In this document: piece by piece, positions 25,510 through 38,400 of the stretch
Layout: each line of letters begins with the position of its first letter
Numbering within the stretch: the first letter of the stretch is position 1
NCBI GenBank assembly: GCA_008632985.1
Contig: QPGO01000053.1
Coordinates: 186,001 to 250,000, forward strand
DNA: 64,000 nucleotides
Source of the DNA: Psammoneis japonica
Lineage: Eukaryota
Direction of reading: 5' to 3'
The notes under the pieces: model-generated
The model's input: the letters and a program-made list of their open reading frames with translations, nothing else
Told to the model about the DNA's origin: nothing
The model's database searches: none
Program-made: the position numbers and the translations under genes

Positions 25510-25788
25510 GCCTCTAGCTACTAGAGGGTGCCAGCTCTCTACTCTACTACTACTACTCTAGAGTAGAGAGAGGAGAGAGTCCTCTGAGGCTCTCTCTAGA
25601 GGATAGGGCCCCTCTCCCTAGGGCCTACCTACTCTCTCTCTCTCTCTCTCTCACAAACGATCAAATTTTCCGTCAAATGTGACAAACAAATAGTACAAGT
25701 AGCTAAGGTAGAGCTACTTAATCGGATATTTTTCCAACTATTTCAGTAAATAGCAGGCACAACAACGTTAGCCGAAGTCAGGGCCTTC

Positions 25789-25820
<32 letters not shown>

Positions 25821-25930
25821 GAACGATAAAATAGCTAGCTCTAGAGAGAGAGAGAGAGTTCTCTCTAGAAGGCCCTACTAGAAGGCCCTACTCTAATAGC
25901 TAGAGTTAGTATTAGTCTCTAGTAGAGAGG
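25510..25930. repeat. Low-complexity (CT)n/(GA)n/(CTA)n intergenic tract
   Basis: (CT)n runs near 25632-25652 and 25793-25820, tactactac, many CTAG, tandem tagaaggccctac. Confidence 0.8.
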
Positions 25931-26177
25931 TGGAATAAAGTTTGGACGCCGCGTCGCTGTCCGTGACTCAAGTCAACGCAGTCGCAGTCGCGCGTTCTTC
26001 TGAGTTCGGGTTGGCAAGTTGCAAGTGACACCACGACTCCGTAGAAACTACGACCACCCTTCCTATTCGATCGGCTCACATTTTGACACCAAAAACAAAA
26101 AGTGCAGCTGACACCCTTCTCTCTATTCCCATTCACGTTGAACCCATTGTTTACCAAGGAACTTTGACTACACACTG

Positions 26178-26867
26178 ATGAAGAACTCCGTACTGGTTAT
26201 TACTTTGGCGGTTATGTTCTTTGCAATTGTCTTGCATAAACTTTGCAGCACCCTCCAAGCGCTGAGAAGTGGTCGATTTGGCGATGCCAGCCGCCACGAC
26301 GAGACACCAGCTGAACGACGAAGACGAATCCAGAGAACCATCATTACACACAAAATAAAAGAAGGAGACCTCAAGGATACAGCATCAGACCGTGAGGTGA
26401 GCTGGAGAGTACTATTCAATCTATCACGACACATTTCTAGAGGCTTGAGCAAAGTTGGTGTCTCTGAATCAAACGAACCCGATTTGCCTACCAAGAATGA
26501 TGAGCCTGTTCAAAAGCTAGAAGAGGGAATACTTACAGCTACACTATCGGAGCACAGTACTCTAGATAAGAGCAATGTGCTTCAGAAAAGTAGTAGCAAT
26601 CTGTCTTTTAGTCGCTCATCATCGAACGCCAGTCGCGGGAGTTGCTGCGGGATCTGTTTAGTAGAGTATGAAATTGGAGACGAAGTAAGCTGCTCTCCCA
26701 ACGAAAATTGTCCACATTACTTTCACAGGAAATGCATCACACGCTGGCTCATGCGACATTCCACGTGCCCAAGTTGTCGACGAGCCTACTTGGTTCAGCA
26801 AACATGCGATGCAAACACCTGCTCGGACAACACGGAAGCAGTGACCACAGCACAAAGCGCATCATGA
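26178..26867 (+). CDS. Membrane-anchored RING-H2 zinc-finger protein, paralog of 24368-25093
   Basis: TM helix, shared ETP.ERR..I..T.IT motif; CGICLVEYEIGDEV.CSPN..CPHYFHRKCITRWL...CPSCRR. Confidence 0.85.
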   Translation: MKNSVLVITLAVMFFAIVLHKLCSTLQALRSGRFGDASRHDETPAERRRRIQRTIITHKIKEGDLKDTASDREVSWRVLFNLSRHISRGLSKVGVSESNEPDLPTKNDEPVQKLEEGILTATLSEHSTLDKSNVLQKSSSNLSFSRSSSNASRGSCCGICLVEYEIGDEVSCSPNENCPHYFHRKCITRWLMRHSTCPSCRRAYLVQQTCDANTCSDNTEAVTTAQSAS

Positions 26868-26893
26868 AACCAGACCAAACCCTTGCATACTCC

Positions 26894-28231
26894 CTAAGGC
26901 TTGATGGGGACAGTATCGCGTCCCGGTACTCTGAGGAGTGACACTAGTGCTGTAAGTTTCGCTTTCAGACCACCAAGAAGTGAGATTGGAGGTGCTTTTG
27001 TTGGTTGACTGGAGAGCCGGTCCAATGCGGAGACGGCAAGTTGTCGGTCACTGCATCTCATTCTTTTTATTTGAAAAGAGATACCAGAAGCAGCAATTAC
27101 CCAAGGTAACAACACGAGCCTACACTTGAAGATGGTAGAGATCCAATAATGAGCATATCTCAAAAGCCGATGGTTCTGGATGCGGTCGTTGACTCGTAGA
27201 ATGCTCCGGCGTATTTTTGCTATTGTATAGACAATTTTCATTACACCCGAGTGAACTTGCTTCTTTGCTGGTTCGGGCAGTGGCGTCTTGAGGAGCCTGT
27301 AAATCATGCGAAAAACACCACCAACGAGCCGTATCACCTTGCGAACTGTAGGTATAATATACCAGACCAAATCTTCCGTCATGTGGAGCCAGTTGCCCGC
27401 TATCTCAGATCCAATACTATCCATTATTAGCCAAGCCCCAGAAATAGATGATGCTGCCATTGCCACTGGTATGCCACGAATGGCCAGCAGGTGAAAAACA
27501 AGCCAAGAAACAAAAATGGAGTAACCATAGACTAGCACATCCGAAATGCCATTCAGAAACTCATTTACTGCTGTCCGTGTGGTATGGAAGGCAGCCAGAA
27601 ACAAATAGGCTGGAGCTACGATAGAAGGAGGTGCTGACGACCCGTAGAATCTCCAAGCGACAAGTCCCAATGTACCCGCAACGGCGTCTTGAACCCACGG
27701 AACTGTTGGTAGACTCGTGAGAAGACACAGTTCCCAACCAAGCTGTGCCGTCTGCAACGCAAAACTTCCACCATTTCGTAACCGGTCATTCGAGTAACCA
27801 GTAAACGCCACGGTTGCGCCCAAGGCAATCCCAGCAAAATCCCGAACGGAATGCCGAAACCTGTCCCATCCAACTCGTTGTTGGAAAACATTCATCTTTA
27901 CATTTTTTATGACAAGCCGTTTCATTTTGTATGCATCTCGTTCCATATCTTGTTTGAGCTGTTTGGCATCCTTCTCTAGCTGTGTCATGGAACGATTAAA
28001 CTCTTGTTCCATATCTTTCACGGCTGTCTCCACATTTTGTTGAATTTCCTCCACGGACGGCGGTGCCCAATAGTCCAACCACGAAGACCATGTTGTTGTA
28101 GTCGTGTTGTCACCATCAGCAGAATTATCAAAGGCTTCTCCAACTACAAACAGCACTATCAGCAGCACGGACAGCCGTAGCAATGTCATCTCTTTTGCCA
28201 AGCAACGACATGGCGACATTGGATATATCAT
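26894..28231 (-). CDS. Hypothetical multi-pass membrane protein with signal peptide
   Basis: 445-aa ORF with normal Tyr content, signal-like MTLLRLSVLLIVLFVVGEA, a coiled-coil segment and several hydrophobic helices. No family recognised. Confidence 0.6.
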   Translation of the reverse strand: MIYPMSPCRCLAKEMTLLRLSVLLIVLFVVGEAFDNSADGDNTTTTTWSSWLDYWAPPSVEEIQQNVETAVKDMEQEFNRSMTQLEKDAKQLKQDMERDAYKMKRLVIKNVKMNVFQQRVGWDRFRHSVRDFAGIALGATVAFTGYSNDRLRNGGSFALQTAQLGWELCLLTSLPTVPWVQDAVAGTLGLVAWRFYGSSAPPSIVAPAYLFLAAFHTTRTAVNEFLNGISDVLVYGYSIFVSWLVFHLLAIRGIPVAMAASSISGAWLIMDSIGSEIAGNWLHMTEDLVWYIIPTVRKVIRLVGGVFRMIYRLLKTPLPEPAKKQVHSGVMKIVYTIAKIRRSILRVNDRIQNHRLLRYAHYWISTIFKCRLVLLPWVIAASGISFQIKRMRCSDRQLAVSALDRLSSQPTKAPPISLLGGLKAKLTALVSLLRVPGRDTVPIKP

Positions 28232-28482
28232 GGTCCGATGTGCGTTGCAGTCGAACTATTCCAATTTTGTTGGAGGGAGTTTTTTGAAATTTTGATGCTG
28301 ACGTCGAACTATCCTCATAACCTAATCTAATCGTTGAATAATAGAAATATTCAGCTTTGAAGCCTTTTATTTCAGTCGTGGCCAAAGACGCGACAATCGC
28401 CTCTCGAAGCATCCGGCAGTCCGGCAATGCAATAAAGCGGCACCTCCAACGCAACGCAAAAGCAGCGGCGTCGGTGGAAACC

Positions 28483-31400
28483 ATGTCGGCCCAAGAGGAG
28501 GAGGAGGCGGCGGCGCATGCTCTCACCAAGCCACGTTTCGATGATGACGATGATGATTCCACGTCCGAGGAGGAAGAAGCTTCTGAATTGAGTCAAGAAG
28601 AAGAAGAAGAAGATGATGATGATTCGCTTACCGACGAAGAGGAGGAAGCATTGCTGTTGGATGCCTATGACGAAGACGCCTTGCCCGAGTTTGCCTGTCG
28701 TTATTGTGGGATTCACGATCCAGCCAGTGTCGCCAAATGCGTCGAGTCGAAAAAGTGGTTCTGCAATGCCGTCGGGAGTGGCGGATCTCATTTGGTACAC
28801 CACTTGGTGCGGGGCCGGTTCAATCAGGTGCAACTTCATCCCGAGTCGCCTCTGGGTGATACCGTTTTGGAGTGTTACAACTGCGCTTCGAAAAACTCGT
28901 TTGTGTTGGGCTTTGTTCCGGCGAGTTCAAGCTCAGTTGTGGTGCTGCTATGCCGTGTCTGTGTCGAGACTGTACCGGCTCTCAAGGACATGGATTGGGA
29001 GCTTGCGCAGTGGCATCCGTTGATTCAGGATCGAAAGTTTCTTCCGTGGCTCATCAAGGTGAGAGTTGTCAAGTGGTCACCTTATGTGTGTTTCTCAATC
29101 TATTTGTTTGAGTATTCTCATGATTGATGTTAATTCTTTCCATATCATAATTCAGGTCCCTTCGGATAAACTCATTCTGAGAGCTCGCGATGTCTCTCAG
29201 GCTCAAATGACTCGATTGGAAGAGCTCTGGAAGAACGAACCCGACGTGCGCTTTTCCGATTTGGACCGTCCCGACGTGGTGGAAGAGGCGGAAATGGCAC
29301 CGACTCTCCTACAGTACGAAGACGGTTATCACTACCAGAACGTTTTGGCTCCGCTCGTCAAGATTGAAGCCGACTATGACCGACAAATGAAAGAGTCTCT
29401 CTCGGGAGACTCGATTAGTATTCGGTGGGACAAGAGCTTGGCGGGTAAGCACGTGGCGACCTTTATCTTTGGAGGACGGCATTCAACGGAACAGAGCCGC
29501 ATCATGGTGGGAGACGAGCTGCGTCTCAAACTGGGAAGCGGTGCCGAGTACTTGCACGGAAGACCCTGGGAAGGAGTTGGCTATGTCAAGGATTTGATCG
29601 ACGGAGAGATTGAATTGGAGTTGAGGCAGTCTGACGGCACTGTCCCCGAATCGATTAGCGATGACTATGTCGCAGAGTATGTTTGGAAGTCAACTTCGTA
29701 CGATCGCATGCAGAATGCACTCAAAACCTTTGCTATTGATGATACCTCCGTGACGGGGTATATTTATCACAAGCTTCTTGGTCATGTCGTGGAGGAGCAG
29801 AGGATTGCCAATGCAAAGCTTCCAGCCAGAGATGCAGACTACGCAGTTCCAGGGCTTCCACCGCTTAACGAAAGTCAGCTGGAGGCCGTGGCGGCTGTCT
29901 TGCAGAGGCCAATGAGTCTGATCCAAGGTCCACCCGGTACAGGTATGGACAAATAGCCTGCTTTCCCGTACTGTCATCATCTTCAGCTCTCACTCAAATG
30001 CGTATTTTTCCCATTCATCGACAGGTAAAACGGTCACGAGTGCCACGTTGGTGTATCACTTGACCAAACAAGACATGGGTCAGGTTCTCGTGACTGCGCC
30101 CAGTAACGTTGCTGTGGACCAGCTAACGGAAAAGATTGCAGCAACCGGGCTAAGGGTTGTGCGTTTGGCGTCCAAGACTCGCGAGGCCACGACTAGTTCG
30201 GTCGATCACTTGTGTTTGCACGTCATGACACCACTTGCTGCGGGCGACGAATTCTCCAAGCTACAGAGGCTCAAGGATGAAATTGGAGAGTTGAGTGAAC
30301 GCGACCAGAAGAAGTATCGTTCTCTCCGGAACCGTACCGAGCGTGAGATTCTCCAAGCCGCTGATGTCATTTGCTGTACCTGTGTCGGTGCGGGTGACCC
30401 TCGTCTCAAGAACTTCCGCTTCCGACAAGTCTTGATCGATGAAGCAACTCAAGCCATTGAGGCCGAAGCCCTGATCCCGATTGCGCTCGGTGCCAAGCAA
30501 ATTATTCTTGTGGGTGATCACTGTCAGCTAGGCCCCGTCGTCATGTGCAAGGCTGCTGCCAAGGCGGGATTGACGCAGAGTCTGTTTGAACGTCTGGTGC
30601 TCATCGGGAATCGTCCCATTCGCTTGCAAGTGCAATACCGCATGCACCCTGCGCTTTCGGAGTTTCCTTCCAACATGTTTTATGAAGGCAGTTTGCAGAA
30701 CGGTGTCACTGAGGCAGATCGTCAGTTGCTCACCACTCCAGGATTTACAGGGAGAGAAGACTTTCCATGGTACGTCTACATCTGATCGCCCTACGCTATC
30801 TGAAGTCCACAGTATCTCACTTTCTTGTCCGCGATCGCTCTCGTTTTCAACAACAGGCCAGTTCCAAGTAAGCCCATGTTTTTCTATTCCATCACTGGAA
30901 TGGAAGAGATTTCAGCTTCGGGTACTTCTTATCTCAACCGTACCGAGGCCTCTTATGTTGAGAAGATCGTGACCCACTTGTTGCGTATGGGTGTAACACC
31001 AGCTCAGATTGGAGTCATTACCCCCTATGACGGACAAAAGAAATACGTATACGAGTACATGCGTCGATCTGGTTCGTTGGCGTCCGCGCTGTATGAAGCT
31101 ATCGAAGTCGCGTCTGTTGATGCCTTCCAGGGTCGTGAGAAGGACTTTATTCTAATGTCGTGTGTGCGCTCCAGTGAAACGCAGGGCATTGGTTTCTTAT
31201 CCGATCCTAGGAGGTTGAACGTGGCCTTGACGAGAGCCCGCTTGGGGCTTATTCTTCTGGGAAATCCCCGTGTTCTTAGTAAGAACGCGTTGTGGGCGGC
31301 TTTGCTTCTGCATTTCAAGGAGTTTGACACGCTGGTAGAAGGTCCTTTGAACAATCTGCAGCCGAGTTATATGACGTTTGCTCGCCCTCGTCGCAACCCC

Positions 31401-31877
31401 ATGAATGATTCTCGTTACGCGTTCACGGCGTTGGCTCGTGGAGGTTGGGATGGCCGTTGGGAGGACCACCGTCGCCACGATGATGCTCCTGATTTCCGTT
31501 CTGGCGGAGGTCGTCGTCGCGGAGGCGGACGTCAGCGGAAAGAGGAGCAAACGGACTCTCGTTTCGACCCTAGGTACAACAACAGTCATGGAGATGATTT
31601 GGCTTATGGTGGGTACAACGATGCTGGCGACGGTGCTCCGATTCCCAATTTCGCCCCCTTGCCCAGCTACGCAGGCGGCGACGACTTGAGCAGTGTCGGC
31701 GGCGATAGTGCGTACGGTGGCTCACAGTATGGAGATCGGCGTGGCGGTAGTCAGCGCAATGATGGACCTGTGGGGTATTTTGTGGGAGGCAGCAGCGGTG
31801 ATTACTTCAGCCATGACACGAGGAGCCAGGTGGATACTGGAAGTGTCGCTGGCAGTATCGATTCGAGGAGGTTCTAG
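28483..31877 (+). CDS. UPF1: Nonsense-mediated decay helicase UPF1; exons 28483-29058, 29156-29942, 30025-30769, 30857-31877
   Basis: CH domain [16 protein letters not shown]...KWFCN, LECYNC. Walker A GPPGTGKT spans intron 2. [51 protein letters not shown]. Confidence 0.97.
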
Positions 31878-32020
31878 AGGGTATGGCACTCTTTTTGCAG
31901 TGTGAAAAGGCTGCGTGTACGTTGACTTGTTTAGTCTGTTTGGGAAACTCGTGTGCGTGGAAATAGTTTCCTTTGAGCCCTATGCTTTATCGAATCTGGG
32001 ATGACGATGCTCAATGCTTG

Positions 32021-32255
32021 GACCCTTCCAGCCTTGATCGACGAGAAGTGCAAGTGAAATGAAGGATACGGAACCTCAAAAGAGTAGACAGATGCGGGCA
32101 ATGTTGCCAGAGTGGGGAGAAATTTGACGGAAGCCAAGGTGGTACTGGTTGCTTTGACCGGAGTGGTTGTGACATGAAATCCAGACTACTTGATTAACTC
32201 TTCGGTTGCAGTGACTAATTTAGGCTACAATATCATTGGTTATCTCTGACAATAT
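32021..32255. repeat. About 235-bp direct repeat, copy 1 (homologous to 35173-35405, the UNC-45 last codons and 3' UTR)
   Basis: Shared gagtagacagatgcgg, gggagaaatttgacggaa.ccaaggtggtac, ggttgcagtgactaatttag.ctacaat.tcattggttatctctgacaatat. Confidence 0.9.
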
Positions 32256-32355
32256 TTTTGCCTGCGCTGCGACCATCATCTCATTAAAATTGCCTGAGAT
32301 TGAACGTACATCGGTATCAAAACGTCTTTGAGATACGCGTTCGTTGTCTTTCTCA

Positions 32356-35024
32356 TTATACTTCTATTTGATCGCCGTCGTCTCCGTGCTTCTTTGCCAG
32401 AGGCGAAATGAACGCGGTGAGAAAGGCAAACAAGCCTCTGAAAGATTTCTCATCTGCCAAGTATTTCAAATATTGCGTTTTTTCTTTCCCACGTAATCTG
32501 TCTACGTTTTGTATCTGCTGACTTGTCATGTAGTCCTCGGCGTAGCTGCAAAATGCTGCACCGTTAGAAACGGAAAGACCGGTGAATGCGATCTGGGTAC
32601 TGCTGCCGGAAATCGGTTTTCGCATCATGGTCATGCATGCGTCCGAAATGTCGGTAAAAAGTATGGAACAAGTCGCTGCGCTTGCATCGTTGGTGGACGG
32701 TAGAGGAGAGCACTCCCACAACACAGAACAAAAGTCCCAAATGAAACTATTGATCATTACAATTCTGCACAGAGTACAAGAAGTGAGCATTTTTATAGAA
32801 GACCTCAAGGTGTGTTAATGCAAATATGAACAAGAGACGGACTCACCGATCCAGTCCCTCTGCGTGGTGCTCTCCTCCTTCTTCGTCGATTTTAGATTTC
32901 AATGCTGTATATGCATCTCGGTAATCAACCAGAAGCTGACAAACGCCGTCGATACACAAAGCACACCTCGAAAGCAAGATTCCATACACGATACGGGGGC
33001 TCGGTGTCACAAACAGGCTGCTGCTTGTTGCGAGGTCTGTAACGTCACGATAGAAACTAGTGGACGCAAGGGCCAAGAGTTCATGCTCCCCGTCATCGCG
33101 TGCGCATGCTTTTAAAATGTGTGACTTTGTCCATTCAATCAACTGTCGCAAAGTTCGTAGCTTCTGCTCTTGCATAGTTTCAGGGAGCTGGTCGTTGTTG
33201 TTTCGCTTTCGTGTCTGTTTTGTAAGAGACCAATCCAATTCTCCCCAACGTCGTATCAACCCTCCTAGTGCACCCGAAATAATAGCGTATTGGATTCTTG
33301 GCGATCCATACAAGAGAAACGGCGAGAGATACATTAAAAGAGTAGATTCCAGATCACTGAAGGTGAGCGGTGACAGCATGGGTATCAAGTCGTAGCAAAG
33401 AAGGTTCCCGACGAGTCCAAGTGAGCCATCCCACCAAGGCAGAACATCTTCTATCAAGAAAGTATCAACCTCGGGAGGCATCGACATTTCATCTAGCGCG
33501 AAGGAATGGAAACGTGTCATGAATGCCAATCCCTTTAAGACTGTTTCTCGGTGATCCGAAAGCGACCGATCTTTGTCTGATTGATAGTAATCGGTCGAAA
33601 AACACACTGCGGTATCGCCTGAGCCATCGTCACTGTGATCATCAAAATCATTTTCATTTCCCTCTGAATTGTAGTCTGACCGATACCATTCCTCAAAGAG
33701 CATATAGGGTAGAGCAGCTTCGAATTTCCCTATTTCTATCGCCACAGCACTGCGACCGCCTTCAACTTCCTCGTTGCTCCGAAATGTGCGTAATGCCAAC
33801 ACGTGCTGAAGGGTTGGGTCCATGAAGTAATCGTAGGCTCGCGTAGGTTGTCTTCGATCCCTGTTTTGCCAAGAAAAGGAATACGCTCCGCTAACAACAC
33901 GTTCAAGCCACTCCACAGTAGAAGAAACCGACCTCAAGGCTTCATGCTGTACCCTTGTGTCAATTCTTCGAGGGCGCTTCATGGGCGGCCCATCGGCTCG
34001 AGAAGACTCGACGAGACCACTTTCTTCTCGAGAGGTTTCCTTTGCTTCAATACCAGCGCTTGTGAAAAATCGTCCGAGGAATTCTTCTTCCCACTTATCA
34101 TTAGGTACTAAAGATCCACAACAAGGGTGAAAACCGACAAGAGTAAGACCGGACTATCTTTCGCTTTGCAATACAAAAGGGTAAGAAACTGACATCATAC
34201 TCACTTTTGAAACAATTAGAATATGACCTGCTAGCAACACGAGACTGTTTGGTTCGACTTCTTGGCGTCAAGCCGCCACATTTTACAGGGTCGTATCTTG
34301 TGTAGAGCTGCAACAAAACATGTACACAACACTTGGAGTACAAATAGTCCTTTCCGAACGAGTCATGAATTTGTCTGAGTCGCCTCGCTCGAAAGAAGGA
34401 AACATGATGTGACCGCGTCATTGACAACAACAGACGCACTGCATCAGGTGCAACAACTGGATCCCACAAGGAATGGAACACGGAGTTGTAGCAAGCTGAT
34501 AATTTCTCATAAGCTCCTTCTCCAACCAACCGTCCGTGCCGCATAACAATAGTGATCCATCTCATCACTGTAGCCTTGGCTCGACTACTGCATTTCGGCA
34601 ACGATGAGACTGACAAGAGCCTGAGAACCACCTTTACGTCCACCTCTCGTTCCTCTCTCGGTATCAAGCTTCTGACGAGAGTGCAAAAAGTAGCACAAGA
34701 ACCGTCCATCAAGGGACTTATTGTAACATTGTTGCTACCACCCAGTGTCTCACACGCAGCCACCATGACCATCCATTGTTGCTGTATTGATAAACCGGAT
34801 TCTCGTGCGTACTTTGCAATCGCTGTGACTGCTCTTCTTGCGTCTGCAGCGGATACTGCAGTCCTTGTGGTGGCGTGCGGCCAACGTACCTCGCTGGGCG
34901 GCGGGCCATCAGGGAACAAGTGATGAGCAAGCGGTGAAAATGCGTTATGAAACTCAACTGGTGTCTCGTCGTTGCGACTCGTCATACGATTCAAGCTTTC
35001 TGCCATTAAAAGAAGGTGATGCAA
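32356..35024 (-). CDS. Probable centromere protein CENP-I/Mis6 homolog, multi-exon (3' exon boundaries approximate)
   Basis: VMRWITIV...LSACYNSVFHSL...VRLLLSMTRSHHVSFFRARRL, FKIPNDKW across intron 34204-34108, FLIEDVLPWWDG and terminal YLKYLADEKSFRGLFAFL all resemble CENP-I motifs recalled from animal and fungal proteins. Confidence 0.65.
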
Positions 35025-35172
35025 GGATCGATGTTAAAGTACAGTAGAGATTATTGGTTTTGCGTTCAATTTTTTGAGTTGCGTGTTGCGTCCAGAACTG
35101 CCGCATCGCTCGGCGCTCGGCGGAGGGAGTCCAGAGTCCGTGTGTCTGCCGCCTCTGACGGACAGCATTGTC

Positions 35173-35405
35173 GACCCTTCGTCCAGCCTTGCGATTGACG
35201 AGAAGTGAAAATGAAACGAAGCAACCTCAAAGGAGTAGACAGATGCGGTCCTTATTACAGCGTGGGAGAAATTTGACGGAAACCAAGGTGGTACCGGTTG
35301 CTTTGGCCCGAATGGTTTTGACATAAATCCAGACTACTGTATGCTAACTCTGCGGTTGCAGTGACTAATTTAGACTACAATGTCATTGGTTATCTCTGAC
35401 AATAT
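35173..35405. repeat. About 235-bp direct repeat, copy 2
   Basis: Aligns to 32021-32255 and includes the UNC-45 stop codon. Confidence 0.9.
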
Positions 35406-38400
35406 CCTTCGCGATATCTACGGTGATATCCATTAGCTGACGGTCGGATGCGCTTAAGTCAAGATCTTGAACTCGACTTCCGTCGTGGTACGAATCAACG
35501 TAGGCGGCACAAAAGGCGAGCACTCCAGTTGATACTATTGTTTCACGGCACTTACCACCTTGAGAACTGAGATTAAGGATCAGGATCAGCACTCGATGCA
35601 TCAGTTCTAGCTTTCCGCTTTCGAGAAGAGTCATTGACATGTCCTTGAAAGAAGCAAGGTTGATCAAGGCTTCTGCGACGGGCTCATGCTGAACTGCCAT
35701 CGCAAGGCACCCAGCTGAAGCTCGGGCGCACTCGTAGTTTTCCTCGTAATCAGCAGCAAATGCCACCCACAATTTCAGGTTCTCTGGATCGGCCAAGTAC
35801 TCCATCATTTTTGGGTGTGGAACAAGGTTACACATTGCTTCGGTCGCAGCTCGGCGGACCATCTCATGATCAGAAAACATTGCATAACTCAGGGTAGAGA
35901 TCCCCTTCTCCGCAACAACGCGATTCTTGGTTTCGTCTCCAACGCTTGCAAGATTAGTCACGGCCAGTAAAGCCTCAAAATGCTGAAGGTCCAACGCATC
36001 GGAGTCTCTTACCAATAGAAGCAAAGGCTTGATTGCTCCCATTCTTTGTGATGTGGTCAGAAGGCTTGGGTTCGTCGTTACCAGTAATTTAGCGATACAC
36101 TGACGAGACTGCCGCAGGATATTCTTTCCCTTTTCAGATGGGTCTTCCTCCTAAAAAAAGCAGTGGCAAAAAATAATTCTGAAACGTGAGTCACATTCGG
36201 TCAAAAGCAAGCCGTCATCGCAAACTCATCTACTCACTCCTTCCTTCTCAAGCTTGATGAACGACGTCAAGATGCCTTGTTGGACCATGCTCCCACGAAC
36301 GGACTCTTCAATCGCCATACGATTCGCTGCCAGCACAAGTTGCTCCAGCGTCAGTTCACTTGCATTCTCCATGAGCTTCACAATAGCTCGAGGTACGTTA
36401 CTGGATGCCATCTTTCGTATGCGTTCTCTAACCGCCTGCGGCTCGTCGTCCTGGTCCGTCTTTGACTCGAGTGCCTTCTCCTCCTGTGTCTTCTGCAACG
36501 CCTGCAACTGATCGTACTGCTCAGCTGTAATGTCCTTCCCGACAAAAGCCTCCCGTCGCAAAGTTTCTGCGGATACGGGCATCAAAGCAAAAACTGTGGC
36601 GAGACCATAGGCAGATGCCGACTCTCCAGCACCGGGAGCACTGGAAAGTTCAACCAACTTTTCCAGTGCTGTCGAAGGTGAGTCAAATGCCTTGAAACCA
36701 AACGCCAGCTCCTCCTTTACTATCGTTTTGGATGCAAGATAGCTCAGTAACTCGATCCCTCGTTCGACGGCTGTTGAGGATGAAGCCGATGAGAGCTTGG
36801 CGTCAAGCGTCGATGTGGCCTTTCCTAGTAAGTCATCGTCAACATTTGTAGAATTGTCTGTCAGTAATTGCACAGCTACCTGCAACAGACCCATGACTTC
36901 ACCTTCATTATTGGACAGTTGTTTGTCTGCAAGGCCCATCTTGGCAATGGCAGAGGCTGCGCCTGACTGTACTTCTTGCTCCTCACTCTGCAACAAGTGC
37001 GAAAATGCCGGGCCATTTATAAGAGGAGACACAAGAGGTCTGGCTTTCTCTACCGAGGCTGCACCAGACAAGACTTCAGAAGCAATGCACATGGCCATGG
37101 TGTTGCCGTCCGCCAACATTAGCTCCCGCAATTCGCCCAATCCATTCCCACTCGACCATCCTGATTGGAGTGCCCATGTACCAACGTCGGAATTTCCTAT
37201 CAAGAGAGAACATGTCAATTGTGCTTTCTCCATCATGACTATCAGTTCAGCTTGCGTACTCGGGTCTGTAACTTCTGCCTCTTCCTCCTCCTCTTTTTCT
37301 TGTTCAATTACTTTCTCTTCGTCTTCATCGTGAATTTCCTCAATCGTCAAACCAGTAAACTCCTCTTCAACAACAGTTGTCGCTGTATCGGCAGAGTCCG
37401 ACTTTAAAACTGGAGTTACAACGGACTTAATATCTTCCTCGTCGTCCAGCGATCCAAACAACCTTCCCAAGACAAGTCCCATTTCACGTCGCAATGCATG
37501 ATGAGAACAAGATACGGCACACTGCAACAATGATTTCATACCGTTTTCATCTCCACTGCAAAACAGAAGGGATCGTTTCTTGGCCCAATTGGCATCACGC
37601 AATTTGATGTGGTACTCGCGCTTTCGATAGACTGCCAGTTCACGAGGTTTCATGGCCCGAATTTCGCTCTTATTTGGCTTGTGAGGTAGTATCTTGGCTG
37701 TCGTATTGTGTCCTTCTTGACCATACACATTGTCCACGGCCGCATGGATTAGTCCTTCGCGATCTGTGCTAGTCCACGATGACAATATATCCAGAGCTGT
37801 CCGTATGACAGTGTGTTGGCCGCTGTCAAACGCCGCGATAATGGCTCGTGACACGGCATGATCATCCACTCTCGATTCCTGTTGAGATATTGATTCAACC
37901 TTGTCGTCATCCTTTTCTTCTGAATTGTAATCCAGATGCAGCACCAATCTTAGCATAAGCGATAAAGCTGCTACAGAGACGGAACTATTGCTGTTTGCGT
38001 TCTCCTCCACAATATCAGCCAGCTGAGCCTGATTGACGTTCTGACAATATGTCTGAGTGAACGGTGGATGAGAACAAGCACAGGCAATCGTCTGTAGTGC
38101 CAAGCTTCGGCATTTCACTGTGTCTTGGTCCTCTGCAGTAGCATCGTTCATTATGAAATTAAAAATCTGCTCGACCCCACCCCGCCTTCCAAGTTCCATA
38201 CTGGTCGACACTAAATCATTTGTTAGCAATCCAAGCAAGACCTTGAAATGATGAGCTTGATCGGTTCTATCCGTCGATGTACTAAAAATGGTGTGGAGAG
38301 TTTTTGCTATTGGGGTATGATCCTGCTGTTGTAGCCCATGTTGTGTACGAATCACTCGCAACAGCTTGGACGCATCGCCATTTTGTGGATCCACATTGAG

